From assembly GCA_000388065.2 (NCBI GenBank), contig KB932203.1: a stretch of DNA of 55,486 nucleotides. One strand, written 5' to 3'. This document shows positions 14,189 to 26,482 of this stretch, one piece after another. The notes under the pieces were generated by a model, which ran no database searches, was not told the origin of the DNA, and worked only from the letters and a program-made list of their open reading frames with translations. The stretch comes from Fonticula alba ATCC 38817. Taxonomy: Eukaryota > Protista > Nucleariida. The first letter of the stretch is position 1. The number at the start of each line of letters is the position of its first letter. The position numbers were made by a program, and so were the translations under genes.

Positions 14189-17100
14189 ATGGACAACAGC
14201 TCACGATGGGAGTCACTCCCCTCGGTGGCCAGTGCGCTTGCTCTTGACTTTGGATGGATGTGCTTCGTTTGATGGGCCCTGCTGACCTATTCACCCCCCC
14301 CCCTCCTCCCCCCGCCTCTTTATTTTCCCCTAGTTGCGCCCAAGGATGTGTCTGAGGACGTCCGTGCCCCGAGCTCCGCTCTGTTGCCTGCCCGGCCGCC
14401 CACCACCGGCCACTAACCCCCCTCGCCCCTTCTCTTGTGGCTGCCTTGCCTCCCTCAGTTGACCGAGGCCCAGAAAAATGTCGTGGACCGGATTCGCCCC
14501 GGGGCCCCGTTGCGCTTCTTGCACATCACCTCGGTCGGTATGAACTGGCCGAGCAAGCGCAAGACCTTCGCCGCGGCCAAGCCCCCGCCCACCACCCAGG
14601 CTCCCGGTGGCCGAGTCATCACCCCCCTTGTGCCGGCCATCATCCTCCCGGACCGAGGTGCGCCATCTGCCTCCTCCTGCCTCCTCCTGCTCCCCTTTTT
14701 GGCCCCCAAACAGGCAGGCAGGGCCCAGCAGTGTCCTGTGCATCTGCCCCCGCCTTGGCGTGGATGTCACACTGACACTCTGTCTGTCCTCTCCCGGTCT
14801 CCCGCTCTCTCTCTCTCTCTCTGTGTGTGTCTCGCCCTCCCCGCCGCGACGCCCATCAGAGTACGCCGTCCTGCAGGATGACATGACGGACTTCCTGCAG
14901 CCTGTGTCGCCGACGGCGCGGGCCGCACACGCGGCCCGGCTCCGCTCCGGCCTGGATGGTCTGCGCTACGCGGCCTCCTCGGCCCTGGAGGCGGAGCAGG
15001 CCTTCCTCGAGGCCCAGGCGGCTGTGTCGTTGAAGCGTGAACGCCGTCGCCGGGGCGGTGGCGCCAAGGCGGCCGCCATCTCTGCCGCCGCGGCCCTGAC
15101 CAAATGCGAAGGAGCCACCACGCGGGCCCTGCTGGCGCTGGAGTTCATTGCCACAGGTCGCGTTGGCCGCCGCGTTGTGCAACTCTCCTCTAATCTGTCT
15201 GTGCGTTGTACCGGCGCTGGCTCCGGCGCCCTTCTCCCGCTGTTCCATCCCTCCTCCGCTGCCGTGGCCAGAATCTCACCACCTTCCCCTCCCCCTTGCC
15301 TTGGCCATTGTGACCGCCGTTGGGATGGGTTGGCTTTGGCCGCGCCTTGCCGCCGCCGTAGCCTGCCGAGCTGGAAGAGGCCTTGGGGCCGAACTTCCGC
15401 CTGCTCCAGACGCCGGCCCCCTCGGCTGCTGGGGACTCGACTTCGGGCGCGAGCACGGCCGGCTCAGCGGCGGGTGCTTCCCCCGCATCCGCGGCCGGGG
15501 CTGCCTCCTCGCTGTTGGGCGCCAGCCTGGCCCTGGTGAGCTGGGAGGATGACATCATTTGGGATGACGACCGGGAAACCGGCGAAGCGGCCCCGATGGA
15601 TGTCGACTCGCCGCCGGGGCCGACCCCGGCGGATGCCGATCCCACGGCCCGGCTGCTGGACGCCGGCCAAGTGCGCGTGTCCTTCGGGGTGCAGCACGCG
15701 CCCAGCTGGCGCCCGGTTGCCGGGGACGCATCCAGCGAGACGGCCACCTATCCCTCGCACCTGGACTACTACCCCACCCGGCGCTGGCACCACGGCCTGG
15801 ACTTGGATCTCGACCGGCCGGGCATCAACGGGACGCCCGCCGGATGGGAGGACCTGGTCATTTGGGATGATGGGGCTTCGGATGATGCCGAAGAGGCATC
15901 AGACGATGCTGATGCCGGTGTCGATGCCGGTGCCGAGGATGCGCCCCCCGGCGCCTCGCCGGGGGCCAATCCCGAAGGGCCCGGCGACCCCCGAGCCGAC
16001 GGCCCGGACCACAGCCAGCCAGCCTCCCCTGGGCCGGTGGCCCCGGCCGGGGGCGAGGTGTCGGCCGGCAGCGAGACGGACCCGGTCACCGGCGAGCCGA
16101 CAGCCAAGCGCCGGCGGCTGGCTGTGGCGTCCAGCGTCCGGCTTCCCGGGGCCCGTCGCCCGGGCATCCCGGATGCCATGCTCAATCCGCAATTGATCAT
16201 CGACCAGAGCGATCCACATATGTTCCTGCTCGAGGGTGCGTGCCCGGTCGTTGGTTGACGGGGGGGGGGGGGGGGGCTTTTTTCCCCCTTTCGCATCTTC
16301 CCCTTGTGCTCACGTGTTTTCCTCCCTCCGCTTAAACCCCTCCCCTCCTGCCCCCTGCCGGCCGGCGTGCAGTCAAGGTGAAGCCTGTCACCCCGAGCGA
16401 GCCGAGCCAATCGTCGGTTCGCCTTCCCGGGCCGCTGGCCTCCCGCCGGCTGGACCTCTCGAATTTGGGCTATTACGCCGCCAAGCAGGAGGGCGGGGCG
16501 GAAGCGGCGCTGGCGGCGGCCGCCGGCGGCGTCAGCTCCATCGCCAGCTCCGGCACCACGTCGCAGCAGTTCCTCAGCCGCGTGACCCTGCGGCATTCGC
16601 TCCCTGCTCTGCAGCTGATGGAGCCTCTGGTATGTCTATGTGTGCATCTTCCCCTGGCCCGAGGCGTTGTCCGGTGGCTTGGCTGACCTTTTGTCTATCT
16701 GCTCGGGCGCGCGCACACGCACACGCACACGCACACGCACACACAGTACAAGACCTACCTCACGGCCGACGAGATCCGACAGCTCAACCGGCCGCTTTTC
16801 CAGGCCCCCACAGTCAACCTTCACACTCTGTATCCCTCGCGCTTGATCTTGGAAAAAAAGCGCAAGCGCTACGAAGCCAACTCGGCCGGGGACTATGCCA
16901 CGCCGTTCCTCCTGCCGCGGGACCTGGCCCTCCGAGAGATCGTCCCCCCGGCCGATGGGACCCCCTTCAGCGTGTACGAGCCCAATGACCTGGCCCTCTT
17001 TGAGTATAGCGAGGAGCGCCCGCCGCTGCTCTCGCGCCCGGGCATGGCCTCCATCCTGAAGCACTACTACCGGCGACATGTGCCCTCGTGCGGCACCGGG

Positions 17101-17670
17101 GTGCCCGGGCCCGGGGGAGCCGGCGGCCTGGGTGTCGGGGCCCGGCTGCGCACGGCCGGCGATGCTGGGCCCGATGCCCGGCCCGGCGATGGCGATGGCA
17201 CCGAGCCGGCTCTCACCCACGATGAGGACGACGATGAGGATGAGGATGGCGATGCCACGGATGCCTTTGATCAGGAGGCCGCGGCCCGTCGGCCGCCGAG
17301 CCGCCTCTCGGCCGCGGCGCTCATCTCCAAGGCCGCGTCGCGGGGGAACCTAGACGCAGCGGACTTTGTCCTGGGCCGGACCCTCGATGCGGCCAACATC
17401 GCCCGACTGGACCAGCTGCCCTTCGGCGTGGTGGAGCCGCTGGAGCCCAATGACAAGAGTCCCTTCGGCATCTTGTCGCCCCTGCCCACCGGCGACCATG
17501 CGACGGCCATCTACAACAACATGTTCCGGGCGCCGGTCTTCCAGCACCCGTCGCCGGGGACGGACTTCCTGGTGATTTGGTGTGTCCTTGGTTGAGGGTA
17601 GGGGACGGGGGGGGGGGGGGGGCTGTCCTCTTAATTTGCACATGCGGAGCCGGCCCCCCCCCCCCCCCCC

Positions 17671-17709
<39 letters not shown>

Positions 17710-20445
17710 CCCTTCCCCCGCCCCCCCCCCCCCCCCCCCCCCCCGCCTGCCCGGCGCATGGAAGCTCCAATTCTCGGTATTACATCCGGACCATCCCCCA
17801 TGTGTGGCTCGTTGGCCAAACGCTGCCGACCATGCGCGTGCCGACACCCGGCTCGCGTGATAACCAGGAATACCTCCGCGAGCGCATCGAGTCCTGGGCC
17901 GTGCTGGAATTCCTCAAGGCCAAGATGTCCACCTCGTCGGCTGAGGCGGCCGCAGTGGCTGCCGCTGTGGCGGCCTCCTCGTCCAAGGCGGCGGCCGGGG
18001 CCTCGACGGCCGCCGCGGCCGCTGCCGCCGCCGCCTCCGCCACGCCCTCCATCCCGGAGAGCCTGCCTGACCGGGCCTTCCCGAACGTTTCCCGGGCGTA
18101 CATTCGCCGGCGCCTCATCGTGCGTAACCCGAACCGCCAGATGGGGGCAGGGGGGGGGGGGGGGGCTTTGACGGGCGCCTGCTTGCCTTGCTGACCACCA
18201 TCCCATTTTTGCCATGCGCACCCGGCCCCGTGGATCTTGACAGTCGCTGGCCGTTCGCCACCCGGGGAGTGGGAATCTGCCGCCGCAGTACCGGCTCCGG
18301 TCGCCGGCCAGCTTGCAGCGCCAGCTACTGGAGCCGGAGCGCCTGTGTGCCTATGAGAGCATGCTCTATGGCGTTCGCCAGCTGAAGGACCTGGGGTATG
18401 GTCTGCCTCGGGGCGACCAGGCGCCATTGGAAGCCGAGGAGCCGGATGTGGCCACCTTCGCGGCGATGGCCACATCGCTGGCGGCGGCCGGGTCGACGGG
18501 CTCCGGGGCGGGGGATCCGGCCGGCCCGGTCCCCGGCACCCCCGGCAGCGGGGCCGCCGCCGGTGATCCGCTGCCGGAGAACCTGGTCCTCGGCCTGGCC
18601 CCATGGCGCGTGAGTCGCAATGTGACGGACCTCCAGACGCGCGGTGTGCCGGCCATCAACATCATCGGGCCCGGGGATTTGACCCGGCGCCAGGAGAGCC
18701 TGGATCTGACCCGGCCGGCGGCCGGGGCCAACTGGACGGCGCGGGCCACCGGGCCCGGAGCCCGGGGGTCGGCCCCGGCCGGGGCACGGCCCGGCCCCGG
18801 CCCGGCTGGCGACATTCACCACATGACCGAGCATGAGTTGGACCAGCGAGACGCCGAAATCAACCGGGCCCTGGCGCTGGACTCGACGGCCGAAGTGCTG
18901 GCCGGCCCGGCATCGGTGGAGGCCATGCGCCGGCTGCCGATCCCCCTGCGCCGGCTGACCCTCGGCGAGGCGCGCAATATCCTGGCCCTGCGCGAGGGTC
19001 TGGATGAGTCGGACCTCCCGGACCGGCTGTGGGACTGCCTGGGTCTGCTGCGGGAACTCCGCTTCCGGGTGAATCCCCACAGCAGCCGGGCCCTGATTGC
19101 GGCTCCGCAGCGGACCCCGGCTGCCGAACTCCAGCGCCAGTACCGCCGGGAAATTGGCCATGTGTGGGCACGCCAGCGCCGGGCCCTGGCGCGCCCGGCC
19201 CGCGAGGCGGTCCTGGCCGAGCAATGTGCCGCGGCGCGCCTGGGCCGGGCTCCGACCTCTGCTCCCCAGGCCCCAGGCCCGGAGCTGGAGGCCGTGCGCG
19301 GTGCGTGCTTTCCCCTCCCCCGCCCTCCTCCGTCTCCTTCTTCTTCTTCTTTTTTTTTCTTTCGGCCCATCTTTCGCCCCACCCCCGTGGGCAGGCGTCT
19401 GCGCATATGTTTGCCCCCCTCCCCCTCGCCCTCGCCCTCGCCCCTCCTGCGCATGGCCTTTTCGCCACCTCTGACGTCCCTCGCCCCGTGCGTGCCGCAC
19501 GTCCACCCATGCAACTACACCGTCTAGCCGACTTGCCCGGCTTGGACTTCTCAGCCTACCCCGGGAGCATTCCGCCCTCCTTGAAGATCACGCACATTGT
19601 GGCCAGCGAGAATGCCGGGTATGTGCGTCGAACGCAGACCCTCACCGACCCGCGGGTGATTGCGGCGTACCTGGCGGCCCGGCACCGGCGCGATTGCGAG
19701 GCCCCGCCGCCGAGTGCTGACGCTGGGGCTGAGCAGCCGACGGCGGCAGTCGCTCGGGCGGAGGCCGCTGGCGGGGTCCCGGCCTCGGCCGCTGCCCCGC
19801 TCCCGACGCCGAAGCAAGCACCATCCTCGAGCGCTGGCCCGACGCCGAAGCAGCCTGCATCCCCGGCAGCTGCCTCGACCGTTGGTGCCACTGGCCCGGC
19901 CTCCGCCAAGCCGGCCAAGCCCCGGGCCCCGAAGAAGAAGGTCCCGGCCATCGGCGCCAATGCCGCCACGGCCCTGCCGGCTCCGGCTGCCGCCGCGGTG
20001 GTTGCCACCGCTGCTGCGGGCGTTCCGCGCAAGCTGACCATCAAGCGGCCGCTGCCGCCGGCTGGCTCGACCGATGCGGAGATGGCCTCCTCATCGGCGG
20101 GCGGCTCCTCGGAACTGACCATCAAGCTGACAGCGCCTGCGGCCGTGGCGGCCCCGGCCCCCGGCGTCTCGGCAGGCTCGGCCGCCGCTGCCGCTACCAA
20201 CACCGTGCGTTTCCCCGGCCTTGCATCCTCGGCCAGCTCCGGGCCAGCCCCCCATCCACTCACCATCCCCGTCGCCGCCGCCCCCCCCCCCCCCCCCCCC
20301 ACTCCAGTCACCTTGTAACGACGCTTGCTGCCTCTTGCAGAAGCGCTGCAGCTCCTGTCACCAGGTTGGCCACTTCCGCACCAGCCGCGCGTGTCCGAAC
20401 TACAAGTCCAAGGGCTCCGGCTCGGCGGCCTCCTCGTCGACCTGA
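14189..20445 (+). CDS. TAF1: Transcription initiation factor TFIID subunit 1 (DUF3591 core plus C-terminal zinc knuckle), ~11 exons; 5' exons approximate
   Basis: Conserved TAF1 blocks in order: PLRF, QDD..FL, LRHSLPALQL, LFEYSEERPPLLSRPGM, SPFG..L, IYNNMFRAPVFQH...TDFLVI, YYIR.I....VGQ.LP...VP.PGSR, CAYESM..G...L.DLG, LAPW..SRN, I.GPGD and CSSCHQVGHFRTSRACPNY. Confidence 0.9.
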
Positions 20446-20843
20446 GCGCCCGGATAGCCCGTCCCCCTGCCTCCATTTCCCCCTTCCTTCTCTGTCTTTG
20501 TATCCCTCTATCTGCCTCGCCTCCCCCTTCTCTCTCTCTCTCTCTCTCTTGAATTCGAACTCGAACTCGACTCGAGACTGTCCTTGTTCCCTGGCTCTGT
20601 CTCCTCCCTGGCGGCGAGGCACAGGCGAGTCAGACGCCCTTTCACAGCCCTCACCCCCGCGCCTTTTGAATGCACCGTCTCCCCCCCCCCCCCCCCTCCC
20701 GCCCCCTTCCCCTCTTTCGCTGCTCGCCCCGGTGGCCTGTCCGGCCTCGTGGATGCCTTTGGGTGTGGGGTCCAAAAATGCGGGGCGTCTATCTAAGAAT
20801 ACTGAAAGAGGGTGAGGCCCGACAGAGTGCTCGGCATGCGGCC

Positions 20844-21243
20844 CTAGAGCAGACACGACGAGCTGAGCTCCAGGCGAAAGAGGGAAAAGTTTTGCTTTTC
20901 CAGGACCGCGGCCAGCGACGCGATTCCCTGACGGGCGATTTGGCGATTCTCTGCATCGGTGCGGCGGCACAAGGCATGGTCAGGGGGAGGCACATTTGGC
21001 GTAGGCACTTTAACTTGCGCATGGGCATGGTCCCGCCGGAGGGCGCCACAGGGACGTACGGCGGAGATCCAGTGTCTCAAGAGTGGAGTTCTCGTGCAGA
21101 GCGTCCGCGAGTAGGATGGCATGAAAGTCTCGCAGGCGGGTGTCTGTGTCGGTGAGAGTGGGGGCGGCGGCAGCGGGTGCGAGATGGTGCACGTGTTAGT
21201 CGAGGGATGCGAGGGTGTTCGCTCGCCCATGCAGTGCGCGCGG

Positions 21244-21286
<43 letters not shown>

Positions 21287-22299
21287 GATGGCGCCTCGGC
21301 GGGTGTGCGTCTCTCTTTGATGGTTCGAACGGGCGCAAAGGCGAATCGACACGTACCACCTAGAATCAGCGTGCGCAGGGTCCTGTTCACGCGAAGGCCA
21401 TTGGCCAGGTCCTTGAAGTCCGTCAAAGAGGAACCTGCGCACACGCGCCAGCAGGGGGATGTCGTATTTATGCGTGCGCATGTGCGTATGCGTGGGCGTG
21501 GGTATGGGTGTTAATCGAGCAGTGGCCGACACCCGGGCCGAGCTCGGAATACAAGTGGCCCGGGCCCACACGGCGACGAGGAGGGAAACCCGCGCACCCG
21601 AGAGGTCCAGTAGCTCCAAGCGTGAGCCGGTGGTGATGTCCGGCGTCCGGCAGTGGCAAAGGCTCTTGCTCCGGTGGGCCAGGGGGGCCTGTGCAAGGTA
21701 GCTCTCAATTTGCTGCTCCGCCACGTCGGCCATGCTGTAGAGGGCCGCCAGGCCGGGGTGGATGGCCGGGTCGCAATAGATGCACTGTTCATGGGCATCG
21801 GGCCTCATGGTCCCCGGCTGCCGGGCGACCATCGTTGGCGGGTCGTACGCCGGCCCGGGACCCGGCGCGGCGGACGGGATCCTGGCGGGACTCTTCCCGG
21901 GCCCGGGGTCCGCCTCGGCCGGGTCGCCGGATGCCGCCGGCAGGGGCAGCCAGTCGACATACGACCGGGCCACCAGGGCGCGGAGCTTGCGCGTGACGGC
22001 GGCCGGGCAGGGGCGTGCGTTTGCCCCGGCGCCGGGGTCGGCCGGGTCCGCCGGGGCGGCCGGCGTGGCCGGCGTGGCCGGCGTCAGCGGATTGCCCCCG
22101 GTGGCCAAAGCGTCCTCCAGCGGGTCCTCCGGCTCGGGCTCCGGGTCGTGAAGTGGAGGCAAACGAATGGACCGGATGACCGGGCGCCGAGGACTGGCCA
22201 GGAGGAAATGCCGGCCCAGCCCCGGGGCACCCGGCGACCAGGGGGCCATGTCCGAGGTGCCTTGGGGTCCGCCAGGGCCCGGGGTCACCGGGGCGCTAC

Positions 22300-22336
<37 letters not shown>

Positions 22337-25107
22337 CCCAGTCCCATCCCCGGCGTCGGTGGGTCCCCAGCCCCCGGGCGAGGGGGACAGCCCCTGCGGC
22401 GGGAGCAGCGCCCGTGTCGGGGTGAAGGGAATGCCCCAGAGGGTGTTCTCCAGCCATTCCGACGAGTCGACCGAGTCGGCAAAGGGGTTGTCGGTCTCCT
22501 GCTCGGGGCTCTCGGCCCGGGCCGGCCGGCCGGCGGGGCCGGCCGCATCGACTCGCATCCTGGCTGGCATCATCACGTCGGCCATGCGCTGCAAGGGCGA
22601 CAGCAGGGACTCATACTCCGGGGCCAGGAGCCCCGGTGACACGGGGAAGTGCCTCCGACCGGGCCCGGCCTCGGGGATGAGCAGATGCATGGCCAGGCTG
22701 GCTGGCGGGGCCGGGGGTCCGGCCAGGGCCACCGGGCTGACCGGCGACACCACGGGCCCGGCGGTTGGCCGGCCGGCCTCCTCGGCGGCGGCCGCCGCCG
22801 CCGCTGCCGCTGCCCGCCGCTCGATCGCCATGGCACAGGACTCGTCGCAGGCGGGACCGCCGGCCACCTCGGGCCCGGCCTGGCCCACGGCGGGCGCCCC
22901 CTGCCGGAGGAGATCGCCCACCAGCCGCCCGGGCACCTGGGCACCGGTGGACGCGAAGCGGGCCATGCGCACATCCGACCCAGGCAGGCCCATGGCCCAC
23001 AAGAGGTGCCGGAGGCCGCGGTTGCCCAGGGGGTTGCCTGAACGATGGTCGGCAGATAGCACGGCGAGCCGGGCGTCAGGACAAGGGAGACACACCCGTG
23101 CCCTGGGCAAATGCCGGCCCACTGGCCCCCGACCGGGGGCGGGCAACATCGCGCGACGGCCCCACCCCCACAAAAATACACACACACACACACACACACA
23201 CACGGCGCCCAGGCTGACCAGAGACATACCTGACAGATCGAGGATAGCCAGGCGCGTACACTGGGGCAGGCCCAGCGCCTGGGCCACCTCCGGCGACTGG
23301 GCCGCCAGCAGGACGGAGATGGCCGCCGCGCCGGTTTCCCCGATGTGGTTGCGCTCCAGGGCCAGCTGCCGGAGGGGCAGGCCGTGCGAGGCCAGCGTCG
23401 AGGCCAGGGCCACGGCCCCGGCGTCGCCAATCCCATTGTCCCCCAGGCGGAGGACGCGCAGGCCGGTGGCCGGGCCGGCGGGCGGGTCGTCGGCCGGCCA
23501 CCGGTCCCCCGGGGCCCGGGCGCTGGCCGCCATCCCCCGAGCCAGGGCAATGGCCCCCTCATTGCCAAGCTGGCAGCCCTCCAGGGCCAGCACCGCCAGC
23601 CAGCTGGCCGGATGGCAAACAACCTGGCTCAGCCCGGCCATCATCAGCGCCGGCCGGTGGAGGTCGCACTCGCGGATGTCCAGCACACGCAGGCAGCCGG
23701 CGCCATTTTCCGAGGACAAGTCCATGCCGCACGCCAGCTCGCCGATCAGCCCGGCCAGGGCCTGCGCCCGGTCCCGGTCGAAGGTGCACCGCCGGACCAT
23801 GACGCAGTCCAGTCGGACCGGCGCGGCCCCGGGCTCCGGGCGCCTGGGCTGCCACGGCGCCCGGGCGACCGCATCGGCTACCACCTCCAGCACCGAGCCG
23901 CAATCCACCGGGTGCTCGCTGTCGCTCAGCCCCTCGAGGCTGAGGATGCGCGGCAGGCGGTCCCCGGGCGCGGCCAACTCCCGCGGCGATAGGGCCAGCA
24001 CGCCCATGGTCAAGGCGCGCGCCAGGCCCTCGGCCAGGGCGGCCGGTTGCAGTGTGCTCTTCCGATCTCCACCGGGTGCTCGCTGTCGCTCAGCCCCTCG
24101 AGGCTGAGGATGCGCGGCAGGCGGTCCCCGGGCGCGGCCAACTCCCGCGGCGATAGGGCCAGCACGCCCATGGTCAAGGCGCGCGCCAGGCCCTCGGCCA
24201 GGGCGGCCGGTTGCAGGCGCTTCTGGTCTACCGGTTCGGGCCGGGCCGGGCCGGGCCAGCCCGGCGGGTGCAGGTGGTGCTGAGGTTAGCGATGTCCGAC
24301 GCTGGCATGCCGGGCGATGATGAGATGCGGGGTGGCGGCAGGGAGCCCGGAGGGGGCGGGGGCCGAAGCGAGAGGCACAGGCAAGACCCACACGGGCCGG
24401 CACGCACGCTGGATTCGCAGGACATTTATCGCATGGTGGGAATAGTGCACCGGCACCGCGCGCGAACGGGGCGGCCACGTTTGGATGGGGCCCGGGCCCT
24501 CGGCGATGGCCGGCAGGAGCTGCGGCCCAGCCGGCCCGGTGGATGACAGGCTTGCCAGCATGGGCTCCAGATCGTCGGCCACTGGCGGGGCGGCGAAGGG
24601 CACCGAGAAAGGGCAACCCCCCACACCCGGGCAGGCAGCGTGCGATGGGGCACCGAGCAGGTGAGTGAGCGCTGGCCCGGGTCCCGGGATCGCCGGATCG
24701 TAAGCCCCCCTCGGGATGTAGACGCACCGGAAAAGTGCTCGCACCGCCCGTCCAAACTCCAGGCGGTGGGCGTCGGATGAAGTGGCGCCTCCATGACCGG
24801 GCTCAGGGCGCGGCGTCGGGCGGCACCCGGCAGGCCGGCCGGGCCGCGGCCCGGGTGGAGCTCGGTCCCGGCCGCGACGGCCAGGACGTCCGCAAGATCG
24901 GAAGAGCGTCGTGTAGCTCAGGGCGCGGCGTCGGGCGGCACCCGGCAGGCCGGCCGGGCCGCGGCCCGGGTGGAGCTCGGTCCCGGCCGCGACGGCCAGG
25001 ACGTCCGCATGCCGGGGCGGTGGCGGCGACGGAGACGATGGCGCCAGGCCACCGGGGTCCGTTTTCTTGGCCGGCGCCCCGACCAGGTCCGCCCAGAAGC
25101 GGCTCAT
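20844..25107 (-). CDS. RNI-like (NLRC3/CARMIL-type) leucine-rich repeat protein, multi-exon; assembly damaged by two adapter artefacts; both ends uncertain
   Basis: Repeats LRVLDIRECDL, LAVLALEGCQLGNEGAIALA, LRVLRLGDNGIGDAGAVALA, LRQLALERNHIGETGAAAI, GNPLGNRGL, LRVNRTLRTLIL and ENSTLETLDL. The 3' exons are 21434-21357, 21143-21060 and 20950 onward. The stop is at 20844, or 20789 if there is one more intron. Confidence 0.8.
24052..24068 (-). other. Illumina TruSeq adapter remnant (assembly artefact) between false duplicate copies 23905-24052 and 24069-24216
   Basis: GTGTGCTCTTCCGATCT is the reverse complement of AGATCGGAAGAGCACAC. It is flanked by a 148-nt exact direct duplication. Confidence 0.97.
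24895..24916 (+). other. Illumina TruSeq adapter remnant (assembly artefact) between false duplicate copies 24801-24894 and 24916-25009
   Basis: AGATCGGAAGAGCGTCGTGTAG is the start of the TruSeq read-through adapter. It is flanked by a 94-nt exact direct duplication. Confidence 0.97.
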
Positions 25108-25725
25108 GCTGGCTCGGGGACAGAGGTCCGGGCCAGGGGAAGCAGGAGCAGAAGCAGGCCGGAGCCGGCGAAGACACTCGGTGTCCGGCGGGCAAGCGAG
25201 GGATCAGCGAGTGGCGAGGGGGGACGGGGCACGCGATCGGCTGGCAGACAAGAGGCGAGGGAAAGGCGAGGGAGGGGGGGGAAGCAGATACTGTTGACGC
25301 GCTGGCCACAGCAGTCACCCGGCCGCCGAGGGCCGTCTTCAGGCACCCGGGCCGCCGTGCAGTGTTCTAGCCCTCGGCGGTGGGGGCGAGGGGCGGGCCA
25401 CGCCGAGGGCGCTGGCCTGCCTCCGTGCGAGCCGGCCGGCTGGCAGACGGCTGGTGGCTGAGGCGGCTGCGCCGCATGACTCGGCCACTGGCCGCATGAG
25501 AGGCAGGCGATCGCCATCGGCATATCGTCGCAGCAAGCGCACGAGGCCTCGTGCTGAGCAGCCCCCGGCGAGATGGGATCTTCCCCATGGCGGCCGGAAA
25601 ATGACCACACCCTGGGTGCGAGCGCGCGCCCACGGGCAAAACACCGCCGCCCCTCTTGGCGGTGGCCCTGATGAGGCTGGGTCGCCGACGCGGCACGCCC
25701 GGGGCCTCGTGCTGCCTCCGGTCTA

Positions 25726-25785
25726 GTGGCAGGCAGGCAGGTGGGCAGGCAGGCAGGCAGGTGGGCAGGCAGGCAGGCAGGCAGG
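25726..25785 (+). repeat. Imperfect (GGCA)n tetranucleotide microsatellite
   Basis: ggcaggcaggcaggtgggcaggcaggcagg... read directly. A complementary (CCTG)n tract lies in the RNF121 intron at ~45113-45140. Confidence 0.85.
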
Positions 25786-26451
25786 CGGAGCGTGGCGCGC
25801 CCCCCAGCCTGGCCCTTGTCGTGCACCCCCTCGCTCGGCCGGCGCTTGCTGCCCTGCTCCGCCGAGTCACCAGCGAGCAGCTGGCCGGCCCAGGCCCGGC
25901 CGGCGGTTGTGCCCGCCCCCACCGAGCCCCGCCTCGGATGATCGCTGGCATGCGCCACCGCGCGCATGGATCGTTTTCGTCCGGGTTGGGATAATACCCC
26001 GCCAGGATTGCGTCTCGGCTCCCCCGTGGGCCGCGGGCCCCCACCCCCCAGGGGAGAGGGGGGGGAGGGGGTCAAGCAGAGCGACACAGAAAGGTAGCGA
26101 GGTGAAGGCAAGGCACCGGACCCAAATCCGGCGGGCGTGGATCCCGCCCGGTCACCCCGGCTTGATGGGTATCTGTGCGCGAGTCGACCGCCTGTGCCCC
26201 AGGCGGCGAGAGCAACACGGGGAGAGCCGCCACCCGCGGCCCCCTATCTCCCCCGAGTGCGAGGGGCCCGGTGGGGGCCTGTGCAACGCGCGCATGGACA
26301 CCCCGCGAAGCCCCGGCGTGAAAGCGCCTGCCTCAATACCGGCAGGCCTTGCGCCCTCCTCTCGCTTTATGCGCGTGGGTGTGTGTGGGCGTGTGCATAT
26401 TTCTTGGGTCCTCGCGTTCTCCCTCTGTCCGCCGCGCCTCTTGGTGCGTCT

Positions 26452-26482
<31 letters not shown>

